A DNA stretch of 64,000 bases from a virus. Within the stretch, counting starts at the first letter, position 1, and each line of letters starts with the position of its first letter. Where the stretch lies: IMG/VR virus record IMGVR_UViG_3300005573_000052. One strand, given 5' to 3'. This document shows, one piece after another, positions 46,480-55,540 of the stretch. Below the pieces are notes generated by a model that was not told the origin of the DNA, made no database searches, and saw only the letters and a list, made by a program, of their open reading frames with translations. The translations under genes were made by a program, and so were the position numbers.

Positions 46480-47718
46480 TTATACAGCGGCGTCTTCCTC
46501 GGTCTGGCCACTCACGAGAGCGACAAGGTCATCAAGGTCCCTCAGCCGCCCGACCTCGCGCTTATCCTCCAGCTTTTCGCGCTGCCCCATCGCGATGATG
46601 TCCTTGCGCTTCTGCTCGTCCGTCATCCACGCCTCAAACAGGGTGAGCACGGTCGCATTGCGTTCGTCGCGCGCGGACAATCGCTTGGACCGGCTGGTTT
46701 CCAGCGAGGCCATCAGGTCTTTGAGCCGCCCCTTGGCTTGGTCATGCTTGGCGCGCATGGCGTTGATCAGCTCGATGTCGGCCATGCCGAGCTTCTTCTT
46801 CTTGCCGTTGTCGTCCAGCTCCAACCCCATGGAGATGGCTTCATGCAACTTGTCAAGCCGCTGGATGGACCGGTCAATCTGCGCGATGTTGACGCGCTCA
46901 GCGGCGGCGCTTATCATCTGGTCCACCTCAATCTCGGTGAGGTCAGGTTTGTCATGGGTCCAGCGCACGAAGGTGCTAACGAACAAGTCCCGATCAACCT
47001 GCTTGTCGTATTGGCTGGCGACGTAACCAAATGTCCTGATACGGATATACTTGGAGAGACTCTTGAGACACCGTTCGTCCGACACGCGCAGGTTGGTGTG
47101 GTTGTAGGCTTTGCGGTCCGGGTCGCCGGTCATGACGTGCCGATTGGCAAAGGCTACCAACGCAGTAAACGTGGTGGGAGCGGTGAATGAATCTTCCTCC
47201 ACCGGTTCATCGTTAACCTTCACCCCCTGTGGATAGACCTCCTTGTAGTGGGCGTAGACCGCCCGCCATTCGCGCGTTTGAGGACGCAGGGACGGATTAC
47301 GGAATACAGCTTGAGTTATCTCCATCACGCTGTCCATGACAGGGGCCAGCTCCTCAATCTGCCGTTTTTGCTCACTGGTCAGTGCGATCTTGATGGGTTG
47401 CGGGCTTTCGGTCGTTTTGATATCCTTGTTGAGCCCGGATAGAAAGAATCGGATGCTGCGACCTTCCATGGCGCGACCGTCAAGATAAGGATCGTCCCAG
47501 ACGAACTTGGTCAGTTCACCCAAGGTCATCTTGGTATAGTTGTCCAGCACAACCTGTTTCTGTGCGTCGGTCAACTCATACAACTCATACTTCCCGTCCA
47601 TGAAGCGCGGATTGGGACGCTTGTAGGTCTTGATTTCGGCGGTGGACGGTTCCACCTCGCCTGTCAGGAGAGCTTCAACCGGAGAAAGACTATTGGTGTT
47701 GGGGCTGGTATCGGCCAT
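46480..47718 (-). CDS. Hypothetical helical protein (possible small terminase/packaging factor)
   Basis: 412 aa coupled into the sigma-ERCC4-TerL operon; C-terminal coiled coil. Confidence 0.5.
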   Translation of the reverse strand: MADTSPNTNSLSPVEALLTGEVEPSTAEIKTYKRPNPRFMDGKYELYELTDAQKQVVLDNYTKMTLGELTKFVWDDPYLDGRAMEGRSIRFFLSGLNKDIKTTESPQPIKIALTSEQKRQIEELAPVMDSVMEITQAVFRNPSLRPQTREWRAVYAHYKEVYPQGVKVNDEPVEEDSFTAPTTFTALVAFANRHVMTGDPDRKAYNHTNLRVSDERCLKSLSKYIRIRTFGYVASQYDKQVDRDLFVSTFVRWTHDKPDLTEIEVDQMISAAAERVNIAQIDRSIQRLDKLHEAISMGLELDDNGKKKKLGMADIELINAMRAKHDQAKGRLKDLMASLETSRSKRLSARDERNATVLTLFEAWMTDEQKRKDIIAMGQREKLEDKREVGRLRDLDDLVALVSGQTEEDAAV

Positions 47719-47731
47719 ATGGGTAAACCCT

Positions 47732-48517
47732 CTATCGCTTGGACGGGGGCAGAAACAGCTTCAAGTCATAACCATCGCGGCGCAAGTGCTCAAACATCAT
47801 GGCTTTGAAGATGCGCTGTTGGACGATGACATAGTTGTAGTCGCAGCCCTCGTCGTGCTTAAGGGGGCGTTTGCGAGTCTGAGCCGCGCGCTCCAACTGT
47901 TTGGCCGTTTCACTGGGTGTAAGATGCTTGACGAACAGCAGCTTGTAGGTCAGCCTCTCCCATTGAGTCAGTTCTTTGAGCATCTTGGCGTGCAAGTCTT
48001 GCTCGATGGCGTGAATGTCAGTGAAATCGCGCTGGATATTGGAGACTTCCTGAGAATGGTTCTCAAGCGAGACATTGGACTGAATATTGAATTGAGGCTG
48101 GCGTTCGCGCACCCACTCGGCATACAGGGGACACTCTTCGCACTGGACCTTGGATTTCACCCATGGAGCCCCGCAGGTGTTGCCGCCGAGGTTATAAAAA
48201 CATGATTTCCCGTTCGTTTTGCCACCGCCGATGCAGGGCTTTGCATAACGGAGATAGAGGTCGCGGCGCAGATTATGGAACTCGTTGGTGATAATGCGGT
48301 TTACCCAGTTTTCCAACTTGGGAGCGCGACTCGGCTGGTAAGTTCCCCACTTTTTCCAAACCCGCGTCAGCAGGTCTTGACGCACTTCATCCCATGACTT
48401 CAGACTGAGATAGGTCCATCCAGCCTTGCGACGGGCAATGATATTGATGATTTCCTCAGAACACTCCTCAAAGGTGGGCTTTGTTTCGCCCTGTTGTGCG
48501 GGTGTGGCGTTACTCAT
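47732..48517 (-). CDS. Phage-encoded ECF-like sigma factor with Cys-rich insertion
   Basis: Region 2 DEVRQDLLTRVWKKW..ENWVNRIITNEFHNLRR; region 4-like LTQWERLTYKLLFVKHLTPSETAKQL. Confidence 0.8.
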   Translation of the reverse strand: MSNATPAQQGETKPTFEECSEEIINIIARRKAGWTYLSLKSWDEVRQDLLTRVWKKWGTYQPSRAPKLENWVNRIITNEFHNLRRDLYLRYAKPCIGGGKTNGKSCFYNLGGNTCGAPWVKSKVQCEECPLYAEWVRERQPQFNIQSNVSLENHSQEVSNIQRDFTDIHAIEQDLHAKMLKELTQWERLTYKLLFVKHLTPSETAKQLERAAQTRKRPLKHDEGCDYNYVIVQQRIFKAMMFEHLRRDGYDLKLFLPPSKR

Positions 48518-48972
48518 GCCCCGGGTTTGCCGCACCAGTTGGCAAAGGTGACAGGTTTGTCGTCATCGTCTCCGACATGAATATCTGCGGGGTCAATGCT
48601 TGCGATGAGTTGACGGCGCAGGGCGTTCTTCTGGCGGGGGTCAATATATTCTCCGTCGTCATCACCCTCTTCGTCGGGGCCTAGCGCAGGCTCGGGTGAA
48701 GTGACGGGCTCGGATCGTGCATAGGTAGCCAACTTGCGTTGCCCGGGTTTAAGTTGGGCCGTGGTAGGCCGGGAAAGACGGGAAGAGCGAGGTGCATCGT
48801 AATCTTCGGCGTCGAGCGCGGATTCAGCAGCGGGAGGCTCGTAGCGAGGGGTGGATGCAACAGTTGTCTTGAATGCGGCGGAAAACGGCTTCTCGCATTT
48901 GGGGCAGACCTTGGGCGAAGTCACCTCGTAGGTTACCTTAGCCGCGCAATGGGGACAGAATTTGGTTGACAT
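48514..48972 (-). CDS. Zinc-ribbon protein
   Basis: FCPHC..CPKC N-terminus; overlaps the sigma start. Confidence 0.7.
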   Translation of the reverse strand: MSTKFCPHCAAKVTYEVTSPKVCPKCEKPFSAAFKTTVASTPRYEPPAAESALDAEDYDAPRSSRLSRPTTAQLKPGQRKLATYARSEPVTSPEPALGPDEEGDDDGEYIDPRQKNALRRQLIASIDPADIHVGDDDDKPVTFANWCGKPGA

Positions 48973-49025
48973 GGAGAGGAAAAGTGGGTAAAAGTGGAGA
49001 AAAAGTGACAATCGCCCTACAAGGC

Positions 49026-49055
49026 ATTGTAGGCAGAAAAGGGCACAAGTGTCAA
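49026..49055 (-). promoter_or_regulatory. sigma70 promoter TTGACA-N18-TACAAT for the sigma/terminase operon
   Basis: Near-consensus hexamers; overlapped by palindrome 49016-49033. Confidence 0.75.
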
Positions 49056-49063
49056 CTATGGGG

Positions 49064-50122
49064 CTACTTGTCTCCCGTTTCCATGAGACGCGCGTCGATG
49101 TGTTTGATGGCGGTGAGGTCGGGAACGGTCTTGCCGGTAGCCTTGTCATACTTGGTTACCCACTGGGTAAGAGTGGGCTTCAACACCCGCTCATAGTCCT
49201 CCTTCGCGTTGTCCTTGACCGACTGAATGGCACGGTAAACATCCGTCGCGGTCTTGGACTCGATGTAATGATTACGCGCGGCCCAGAGAATGAGGACGAG
49301 GATGCCTACCCCGCCCGCCAGCGCGACCATCCAGCCCTCGATGAACCAGATGGCCACGGCAGCAAACGAGAGGATTCCCGCCGCCAGCGCGAACTTAGTT
49401 TTCATCACGGGACTCCAAATCGCGCCCGCGAGACAGGCGAGAGCAATAACGCCCAGAATCGAGGACAGCTTGGTCTTGAGGGCCTGAAGCTTCTTGGCAT
49501 CCTCCGCTTCCTTGGTCTTGCGCGCCAACTGCTCGTCCTGCACCTTATCCTTCTCGGCCTGTAATTCGCGCTCTTTGGCGCTCCCCGCCTCCACGACCTC
49601 GACTCTCTCGGCCTCTACCGCCTTCAACCGGGTATCAATCGCCACCACCTCCTCAGACTTGGCTTTCGCCTCTGCTTGCGCCGCGCCCAGTTCGCGCGCG
49701 TATTGGGCCTTGAGCTGCTCAACCGTCGTCTTGGCTTCGTCCAGTTCGGTTTGGAGCTGACGGAATGCCTCAGCCTGCACGGCGGGCGACGCGGCAGGTA
49801 AATTAGCCGCTGTCAATTGGATAGACTGACCCATAATCATCTCGGGGCGAGTGGGGGCTTTCAACATCCCATACATGGCACTCCCCTTGAACAGATAATT
49901 GGAAGAGGTTTGGAGCACAGACTCGTAAGAAAGAATCTTGTCGCGGAGCAGTTTGACCTGCTCGTCAGTAAGCAGTTTGAGATGGGTCTCAGTTTCCGCC
50001 CGTGCCGCCGCAATGCGCTTGTCAATCTCTGACCGTTTGGTCACGGTGTAATCCAGTGTCTGACAGGCACTTAGGCAGAACATCGACGCAACCAAGGTGA
50101 TGATGGAAAGCAATTTACGCAT
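49064..50122 (-). CDS. Lipoprotein with coiled coil and C-terminal TM helices (unimolecular spanin-like)
   Basis: MRKLLSIITLVASMFCLSAC lipobox; long coiled coil; three hydrophobic segments. Confidence 0.55.
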   Translation of the reverse strand: MRKLLSIITLVASMFCLSACQTLDYTVTKRSEIDKRIAAARAETETHLKLLTDEQVKLLRDKILSYESVLQTSSNYLFKGSAMYGMLKAPTRPEMIMGQSIQLTAANLPAASPAVQAEAFRQLQTELDEAKTTVEQLKAQYARELGAAQAEAKAKSEEVVAIDTRLKAVEAERVEVVEAGSAKERELQAEKDKVQDEQLARKTKEAEDAKKLQALKTKLSSILGVIALACLAGAIWSPVMKTKFALAAGILSFAAVAIWFIEGWMVALAGGVGILVLILWAARNHYIESKTATDVYRAIQSVKDNAKEDYERVLKPTLTQWVTKYDKATGKTVPDLTAIKHIDARLMETGDK

Positions 50123-50148
50123 GGGTGGAGAGGGTGAGCAAAGGAAAC

Positions 50149-50156
50149 TATACACC
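50149..50156 (-). promoter_or_regulatory. Late promoter GGTGTATA
   Basis: Upstream of the spanin-like gene. Confidence 0.75.
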
Positions 50157-50163
50157 GCCGGAG

Positions 50164-50193
50164 TTGACACCGAGGGATGAACAGGGCTACAAT
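50164..50193 (+). promoter_or_regulatory. sigma70 promoter TTGACA-N18-TACAAT
   Basis: Near-consensus; back-to-back with the late promoter. Confidence 0.7.
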
Positions 50194-50199
50194 GGGAGA

Positions 50200-50335
50200 G
50201 TCAGAGCCGCCAAGTGATGAGGGTCGGAGAAGCAGAAAAAGGGCGGGTAAACGTAGACGCAAGAGGTATAAGGCCGCGCGGCTCAGTTATCGGGCGGGTT
50301 GGTGAGGCACGGGTCTCCCAACCCGCCCCTTTTGT
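50200..50335 (+). ncRNA. Candidate small RNA
   Basis: Promoter-to-terminator unit of about 135 nt with no credible ORF. Confidence 0.35.
50292..50335 (+). terminator. Rho-independent terminator
   Basis: 11-bp stem GGGCGGGTTGG/CCAACCCGCCC followed by CTTTTGT. Confidence 0.7.
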
Positions 50336-50394
50336 AAACGCGCGTTAAGACCACAAAGGCAGACAGGGCGACGCCCAAAATGCGCCCGCCCACG

Positions 50395-50402
50395 GGTGTA
50401 TA
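50395..50402 (+). promoter_or_regulatory. Late promoter GGTGTATA
   Basis: Upstream of 50489. Confidence 0.75.
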
Positions 50403-50488
50403 GCTCATCGGCGCGGCATGGCACCCGTTCCCGTTCTCTACGTCTACGCCTATTTCTACGCATACCACACCCCCAGCTCTCCGCTCCC

Positions 50489-51160
50489 ATGCCCACTCCC
50501 TATACCCCCACCCAAGCCAGCCGGTTTTACTCCGCCCCCGGCAACAATGGCAATATTGTCATGGAGTATCTCTGGGACCCCACGGCCCTGATCACGGGCA
50601 ATGGTCAGCCCACGACCGGATGTTGGAGACCTTACAGCGCGATTGATACTGCCGGTTCAAGTGCCGGTTCAATGACGGTTATCACGGGTGGATTCCAACG
50701 GTATACCGGCAATGCCACGGCTTACTCGGCAGGAGCGGTTATATCCACTTCGCTGGTCAGCGGCGCGATTAACGTGTTGGAGAACGCGGCGTTGCTTCCC
50801 GGTAATGGCGGTATCATCCAGAATCTTGTGCTAAGCAAGAATACGTCAGGCGTTACCAATGCATCGTTCACGGTTGATTTCTGGAATGGAACTGGCAATA
50901 TCTCCTCGCCCGGCGGCGACGGGTCTGGTTTTGCATCATTCACGACCAATATCCCTTACTATCTCGGCTATCAGAACATGGGTCCGATGATAGCGGGCAC
51001 TGGACCGACCAGCACATCAGCCTCGGCGGTGTTGACCAATGTGGCTATGCTTTACAGTTGCCAAACCACCCAACTGGGTTGGACCGTTCGGGCTAATTCG
51101 GCCTATACGCCAGCTAGCGGAGAATGCTTCTACCTCAACGCGGCGGTTATTCGGGACTGA
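50489..51160 (+). CDS. Virion structural protein (fibre/decoration-like)
   Basis: Gly/Ser/Thr-rich beta protein under a late promoter. Confidence 0.55.
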   Translation: MPTPYTPTQASRFYSAPGNNGNIVMEYLWDPTALITGNGQPTTGCWRPYSAIDTAGSSAGSMTVITGGFQRYTGNATAYSAGAVISTSLVSGAINVLENAALLPGNGGIIQNLVLSKNTSGVTNASFTVDFWNGTGNISSPGGDGSGFASFTTNIPYYLGYQNMGPMIAGTGPTSTSASAVLTNVAMLYSCQTTQLGWTVRANSAYTPASGECFYLNAAVIRD

Positions 51161-51212
51161 GGACCGGATTAACCCGGCCTTGACGAGAGGGAAAACCCAA
51201 ATCGTAACCCAA

Positions 51213-51911
51213 ATGACCGACAATTGCGGAGTATATGCCATCAGGAGCCGATTGAACCCCGAGCGGGTTTACGTGGGATCGTCGGTTAACTTGAGAAAGA
51301 GGGAAAATGAGCATTGGAGGAAGCTGGCGACAGGAAGACACCATTCGATCAAGCTCCAGCGGGCCTATGACAAGTATGGAAGGGACCAGTTTTGGCTGGA
51401 GGTGTTGGAGTATTGCGAGCCGGGGGAACTGCTTGCGCGCGAACAGGCCCAGATGGAGCGGCTTAATGCTGTCCACGCCGGGTATAACATCTGCCCGCTA
51501 GCCGGAAACAGCCTTGGTTGTAAACGGACCGATGAAACGAAAACTAAGATATCGAGGGCTCTCGTGGGCAATACCCATACGCTGGGCCACAAATTGAGTG
51601 AGTCTCACAAGGCTGCGCTCAGGGCAGGTAGCTCCAACCGCGTCGTCACGCCAGAACAGCGCGCCCAGATTGCGGCGCGGAACCGGGAGACCGGACAGGT
51701 GAAGTATCTGCATACGGAAGAGTCCCAGAAGAAGGCTGCACTGGCTAGGACCGGGTTGAAGAGGTCTGCTGAAACCAAGGCTAAAATTGGCGCGAATTGG
51801 AAGGGGCGGAAGCATAGTCCAGAGTCGTTGGCCAAGATGCGTGAAGCGGGGCTGAGACGCGAGGCAGCCAAGCGAGAGAGATTGGCTCGCGAAACGGAGA
51901 CCCAATCATGA
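51213..51911 (+). CDS. GIY-YIG homing endonuclease with NUMOD3 repeats
   Basis: CGVYAI..VYVGSS..R..EH; HKLSESHK, SAETKAKIG, KHSPESLAKM. Confidence 0.9.
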   Translation: MTDNCGVYAIRSRLNPERVYVGSSVNLRKRENEHWRKLATGRHHSIKLQRAYDKYGRDQFWLEVLEYCEPGELLAREQAQMERLNAVHAGYNICPLAGNSLGCKRTDETKTKISRALVGNTHTLGHKLSESHKAALRAGSSNRVVTPEQRAQIAARNRETGQVKYLHTEESQKKAALARTGLKRSAETKAKIGANWKGRKHSPESLAKMREAGLRREAAKRERLARETETQS

Positions 51912-53266
51912 ATATAGCGCAGAAGAAAAAGTTATGGGCCGCAGTGCTCAATCCATTTAACCCGTATACCTTGCCAAACCTTGCGGCGCGTTATTCGCTT
52001 GATGGACCCCGGGGTCCAACCACTTACCTGCTTAACGGCAGCAACGTCGCGCTCATCGCGGATCGTTCGTCTAATTCGGCGGTGAATGGGTTGGTGCTGA
52101 ATGGGGCCAGTGGGCAATGGGCATCATCTCCCGATTCAGCGGCAACATCTGTGTTTGGAACAGGTATTGATGTTCGTGTAGATTTGTCGTTGGTTAATTG
52201 GACAATTGCTACCGTTCAGCAGGTGATAGGAAAATTCGGAAGCAATGGGGAATACCGCCTAGTAAATGATACTGGAACATTAATTTTCGCGTGGAAAGAC
52301 TCGGGCGGAACCAGTCGTTCAGCGTCGGCAACAACAACACTATCATTTTCCGCCTATCAACGCTCGTGGGTTAGGGCTACGTTGTTGTTCAATAACGGTT
52401 CTGGCGGAAATAATGTTACTTTTTATACATCCGATGATGGATCAATGTGGACCCAACTTGGCGGAACCGTTACACAAGGTTTTACGACTGATATAATTGA
52501 TTCAACGTCAGTTGTCTCTATTGGTTCTAACAATGGGGCTAACTCCATATCCACCGGAATCATCTACCGTGCCCAAATCTACAATGGCATAAATGGCACA
52601 TTGGCCTTCGACGCCAACTTCACCACCGTCGCCAAACTCGCCACCTCCTTCACCGAAAGCAGTAGCAACGCAGCGACCGTCACCATCACCAGCTCCGGCG
52701 ACCTAGGCGCGCGCATCTGCGGGGCGCGGGATTTGGTTCAGTTGACTGCGGCGAAGCAACCCGCATTCAGCACGAGCAGCGGGTATAATACGGCGACGTT
52801 TGATGGCAGCAATGACTACATGAAGTCGGCGACGTTTCCGCTGAGTCAGCCGTTTTCCAGATACAGCGTGTTCTCTGGGACGTGGGTGATAAACCGCTAC
52901 ATAGCCGACGGGGCTACTGCTGATAGCACCGAGCTGCAAGCCTACTCAAGCTCGCCCAAACTCCTCATACATGCCGGGGCGACGGCTTCTTCAATCGCAA
53001 ACGGAGGACTTGCGACTGCAACTCGCGGCGTTGTGGCCGAAGTATTTAGCGGCGCAGCGTCATCGCTCCGAGTGAATACAAAAGCAGCTACTAGCGGCTC
53101 TATCGGAACAAACGCGGCCAATGGGCTGACGATTGGAGCCAAAGCAGACGGGTCAGTTCCTTACCGCCTAGTATGGAGTGAGACGTTCCTGCACTCCGTA
53201 GCCGACCCCAACCCTCTGCAACTCAGCATCGCCAGATACCTCATGCGCGAATGGGGAATAACCTGA
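51908..53266 (+). CDS. LamG/concanavalin-like domain virion protein (putative receptor binding)
   Basis: GLVLNGASGQW, TFDGSNDYM, GLTIGA motifs; Ser/Thr-rich. Confidence 0.65.
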   Translation: MNIAQKKKLWAAVLNPFNPYTLPNLAARYSLDGPRGPTTYLLNGSNVALIADRSSNSAVNGLVLNGASGQWASSPDSAATSVFGTGIDVRVDLSLVNWTIATVQQVIGKFGSNGEYRLVNDTGTLIFAWKDSGGTSRSASATTTLSFSAYQRSWVRATLLFNNGSGGNNVTFYTSDDGSMWTQLGGTVTQGFTTDIIDSTSVVSIGSNNGANSISTGIIYRAQIYNGINGTLAFDANFTTVAKLATSFTESSSNAATVTITSSGDLGARICGARDLVQLTAAKQPAFSTSSGYNTATFDGSNDYMKSATFPLSQPFSRYSVFSGTWVINRYIADGATADSTELQAYSSSPKLLIHAGATASSIANGGLATATRGVVAEVFSGAASSLRVNTKAATSGSIGTNAANGLTIGAKADGSVPYRLVWSETFLHSVADPNPLQLSIARYLMREWGIT

Positions 53267-53268
53267 CC

Positions 53269-53571
53269 ATGACCGCCTCCCGCCAATTCGTCCTTTGCCC
53301 CGATTACGACTCCGCGCTCGTCGTTGAAACCGCCGCGCTGGACTGGCTGCATGAAAGCGGGCAACTCCGCTGCAATGCGTGGGCTGGGGTCAGCGTGCGC
53401 GATGATGGCGCGTTCGGCGTGCTCTGGGGCGAGCCGGTGCGGGCTGCGCTGGGCGACGGGCTGGAGCTGAACACGGAGGTGTTGGGAGAGGACGGCGCGA
53501 GCAACTGGGCAGACTATGTGCCGGATGTGTCGGAAGGGGATGCTCCGAAGCCCGCCGAAGGAGAACCCTGA
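53269..53571 (+). CDS. Hypothetical protein (fibre chaperone-like position)
   Basis: Acidic ~100 aa ORF following the LamG gene. Confidence 0.55.
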   Translation: MTASRQFVLCPDYDSALVVETAALDWLHESGQLRCNAWAGVSVRDDGAFGVLWGEPVRAALGDGLELNTEVLGEDGASNWADYVPDVSEGDAPKPAEGEP

Positions 53572-53573
53572 CC

Positions 53574-53795
53574 ATGGCTGGCGGCGTTATTAACACCGCA
53601 TTGTCGGCGATTTTTATCGGCTCCGGTCTCGAACTAGTCAGCAGCACGTTGCAAATTGCGCCGGGCGTCAGCGGGGTGCAAGGGGTAACGTGGGGATTGG
53701 GAGAGGTGACCACGGGAAGCGTGACTCTGGATACCACCCGATATGTCGTGGTGACGATAAACGGGGTGCCGATGAAGCTGTTGGTGGCGAACTAG
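53574..53795 (+). CDS. Small structural-type protein
   Basis: C-terminal VTINGVPMKLLVAN resembles fibre C-termini. Confidence 0.5.
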   Translation: MAGGVINTALSAIFIGSGLELVSSTLQIAPGVSGVQGVTWGLGEVTTGSVTLDTTRYVVVTINGVPMKLLVAN

Positions 53796-53838
53796 TTGGT
53801 CGCCCGGTTCGCGCGAATTGGGTGAGCCGCGAACGGGC

Positions 53839-54615
53839 TTATTCCCGTATGACCCCGACCTTGCGCATGACAAAGCGAAGAAATCCACTTCGCACGATGT
53901 CCGAGGAGTCCTTGAGGTCAAATGTGTAAACCCCGTTCTCCCGGCTCTCATCGTCATCAAATGCGTTCATGAAGCGCCGGTAGCCCGACCGGTCGCTTAG
54001 GTAGACCTGATTGACGGTGTCACCAAGGAAAAAGATGCGGGTGAACGGCCCGCACCGGCTGATGATAAGCATCAGGTCCTCCCAGCTCATCGACGCGGCC
54101 TCGTCCACGATGATGGCGGTGCAGTTGTAAGAGCGACCCTGAAGGAACCCGGTCGGGATGCACTGCACCCGCTCGTCCTTGATGAGCTTGTCCACGTCGG
54201 ACTTGGGGAGCAGCTCGTCCAGTTTCTCGCTCAGCACGGCGGTATACGGGGCCATCTTCTCGTTGAGGTCTCCGCTGAGAAACCCAACGCGCGAGTGCTG
54301 GGAGGCTTCAATGGGCGAGCGCACATACAGGATGGACTTGACTCGTCCGCTGTTGAGCAGTTTGAGTGCGGCGAGAGTGGCGAGGTAAGACTTACCGGTG
54401 CCCCAGATGCCGTCAATCATGACACAGCGCGTGTCACGGTCCATCGCCGCCTCCAGAATGACCTTCTGGCGCTCGGTCAGGTCGTTACGTTCCCGTATCT
54501 CAAGCGTCCACGCTATCTTGTCCCGCTGGTGGACAGCAGGACTTCGGTCGCCCGCCTCGGCAACGACATTGGTGTGGACAAGCGGGGTGGATTTGGCAGG
54601 ACGCTTCTTGCTCAT
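53839..54615 (-). CDS. phoH: PhoH-like ATPase
   Basis: GIWGTGKS, LSGDLNEKMAPY, FLQGRS, IIVDEA, LGDTVNQ, DIVRSG. Confidence 0.9.
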   Translation of the reverse strand: MSKKRPAKSTPLVHTNVVAEAGDRSPAVHQRDKIAWTLEIRERNDLTERQKVILEAAMDRDTRCVMIDGIWGTGKSYLATLAALKLLNSGRVKSILYVRSPIEASQHSRVGFLSGDLNEKMAPYTAVLSEKLDELLPKSDVDKLIKDERVQCIPTGFLQGRSYNCTAIIVDEAASMSWEDLMLIISRCGPFTRIFFLGDTVNQVYLSDRSGYRRFMNAFDDDESRENGVYTFDLKDSSDIVRSGFLRFVMRKVGVIRE

Positions 54616-54870
54616 GGGAGGTGGGACTACCGACTGGAACCGAGGCGCGCGAATCGCCACCGGCCCGATGGGGGTTGGTTGGGTTGGTGCGGCTTTCCCT
54701 ACGCCGTGGCAACGCCACGATTCGCGCGAAGAGGGGACGCAAAACAGCCCGATCAGCTTCTGTTCCTACGGCGCGCTGGTTAGGCTGCTGGGGAGAAGGG
54801 GCGGGCATAGACAGGGAGAGATACACGAAAGGGACGGGGTAAAAGTGGGGTTCAATGAGGCGGCGTGGGC

Positions 54871-54878
54871 GGTGTATA
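54871..54878 (+). promoter_or_regulatory. Late promoter GGTGTATA
   Basis: Intergenic, upstream of 54968. Confidence 0.55.
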
Positions 54879-54910
54879 TGACTTACCCCGGTGAATTGCG
54901 GATTTTCTGG

Positions 54911-54940
54911 TTGACACAGGCCTATCAACTAGGCTACCAT
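54911..54940 (+). promoter_or_regulatory. sigma70 promoter TTGACA-N18-TACCAT
   Basis: Upstream of 54968. Confidence 0.65.
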
Positions 54941-54967
54941 GACGGTGAGACCCTGCCCTACCCCGCT

Positions 54968-55540
54968 ATGCCCAACCACCCCTCTGAAACCCCCGATTCG
55001 CGCGCCCGGACGACCAGCGCGTATACCGATTCGGGGCGACTAGGTTTTTTGTATGTGTTGTCATCACCCGTCCTGCGCACGGCAGCCGGGATACCGATTG
55101 TAAAAATTGGGGCTACCCGCCAACATCCCCTCAAGCGCGCGAAGGAGCTGAGCGCCGGAACGGGAGTCCCCGAGGGCTACGAACTGGCCTATTACCTCGA
55201 CTTCGACGACTGCTTCAAGGCCGAAACCCTTGTGCATGAGCACTTCGCCAAGCAGCGGCTGAACTCGGCAACAGAATTCTTCAGCGTAGAACCAGCCGAA
55301 GCGGTGGCGTTCATCAGTGCTCTGGCTACATCTTCGGCCTACAAGACCGGGCTGGTTTCGCAAGGGGTAAGTGGCGGAACTGTCACCGCGCCTTGGACAG
55401 GAGCCACCCACTGGGACGTGGACACCCCGTTTGCGGAATTGTTTGCCTCGTTCGGTGAAGACAACGGCGAAGCGCGCGAATTGACAGCGGAGGAACAGGC
55501 GGCGTGCCGGGAACTAGAAGGGCGGATGGCGAAGATATGA
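54968..55540 (+). CDS. T5orf172/MUG113 GIY-YIG domain protein
   Basis: GFLYVL..VKIGAT..R.KEL..TGVP..E..VH..F..R..EFF. Confidence 0.85.
   Translation: MPNHPSETPDSRARTTSAYTDSGRLGFLYVLSSPVLRTAAGIPIVKIGATRQHPLKRAKELSAGTGVPEGYELAYYLDFDDCFKAETLVHEHFAKQRLNSATEFFSVEPAEAVAFISALATSSAYKTGLVSQGVSGGTVTAPWTGATHWDVDTPFAELFASFGEDNGEARELTAEEQAACRELEGRMAKI

Noticed and set aside
50192-50305. Arg-rich 37-aa ORF in the sRNA candidate
   Set aside because: Its ATG overlaps the -10 hexamer, so it lies upstream of the expected TSS
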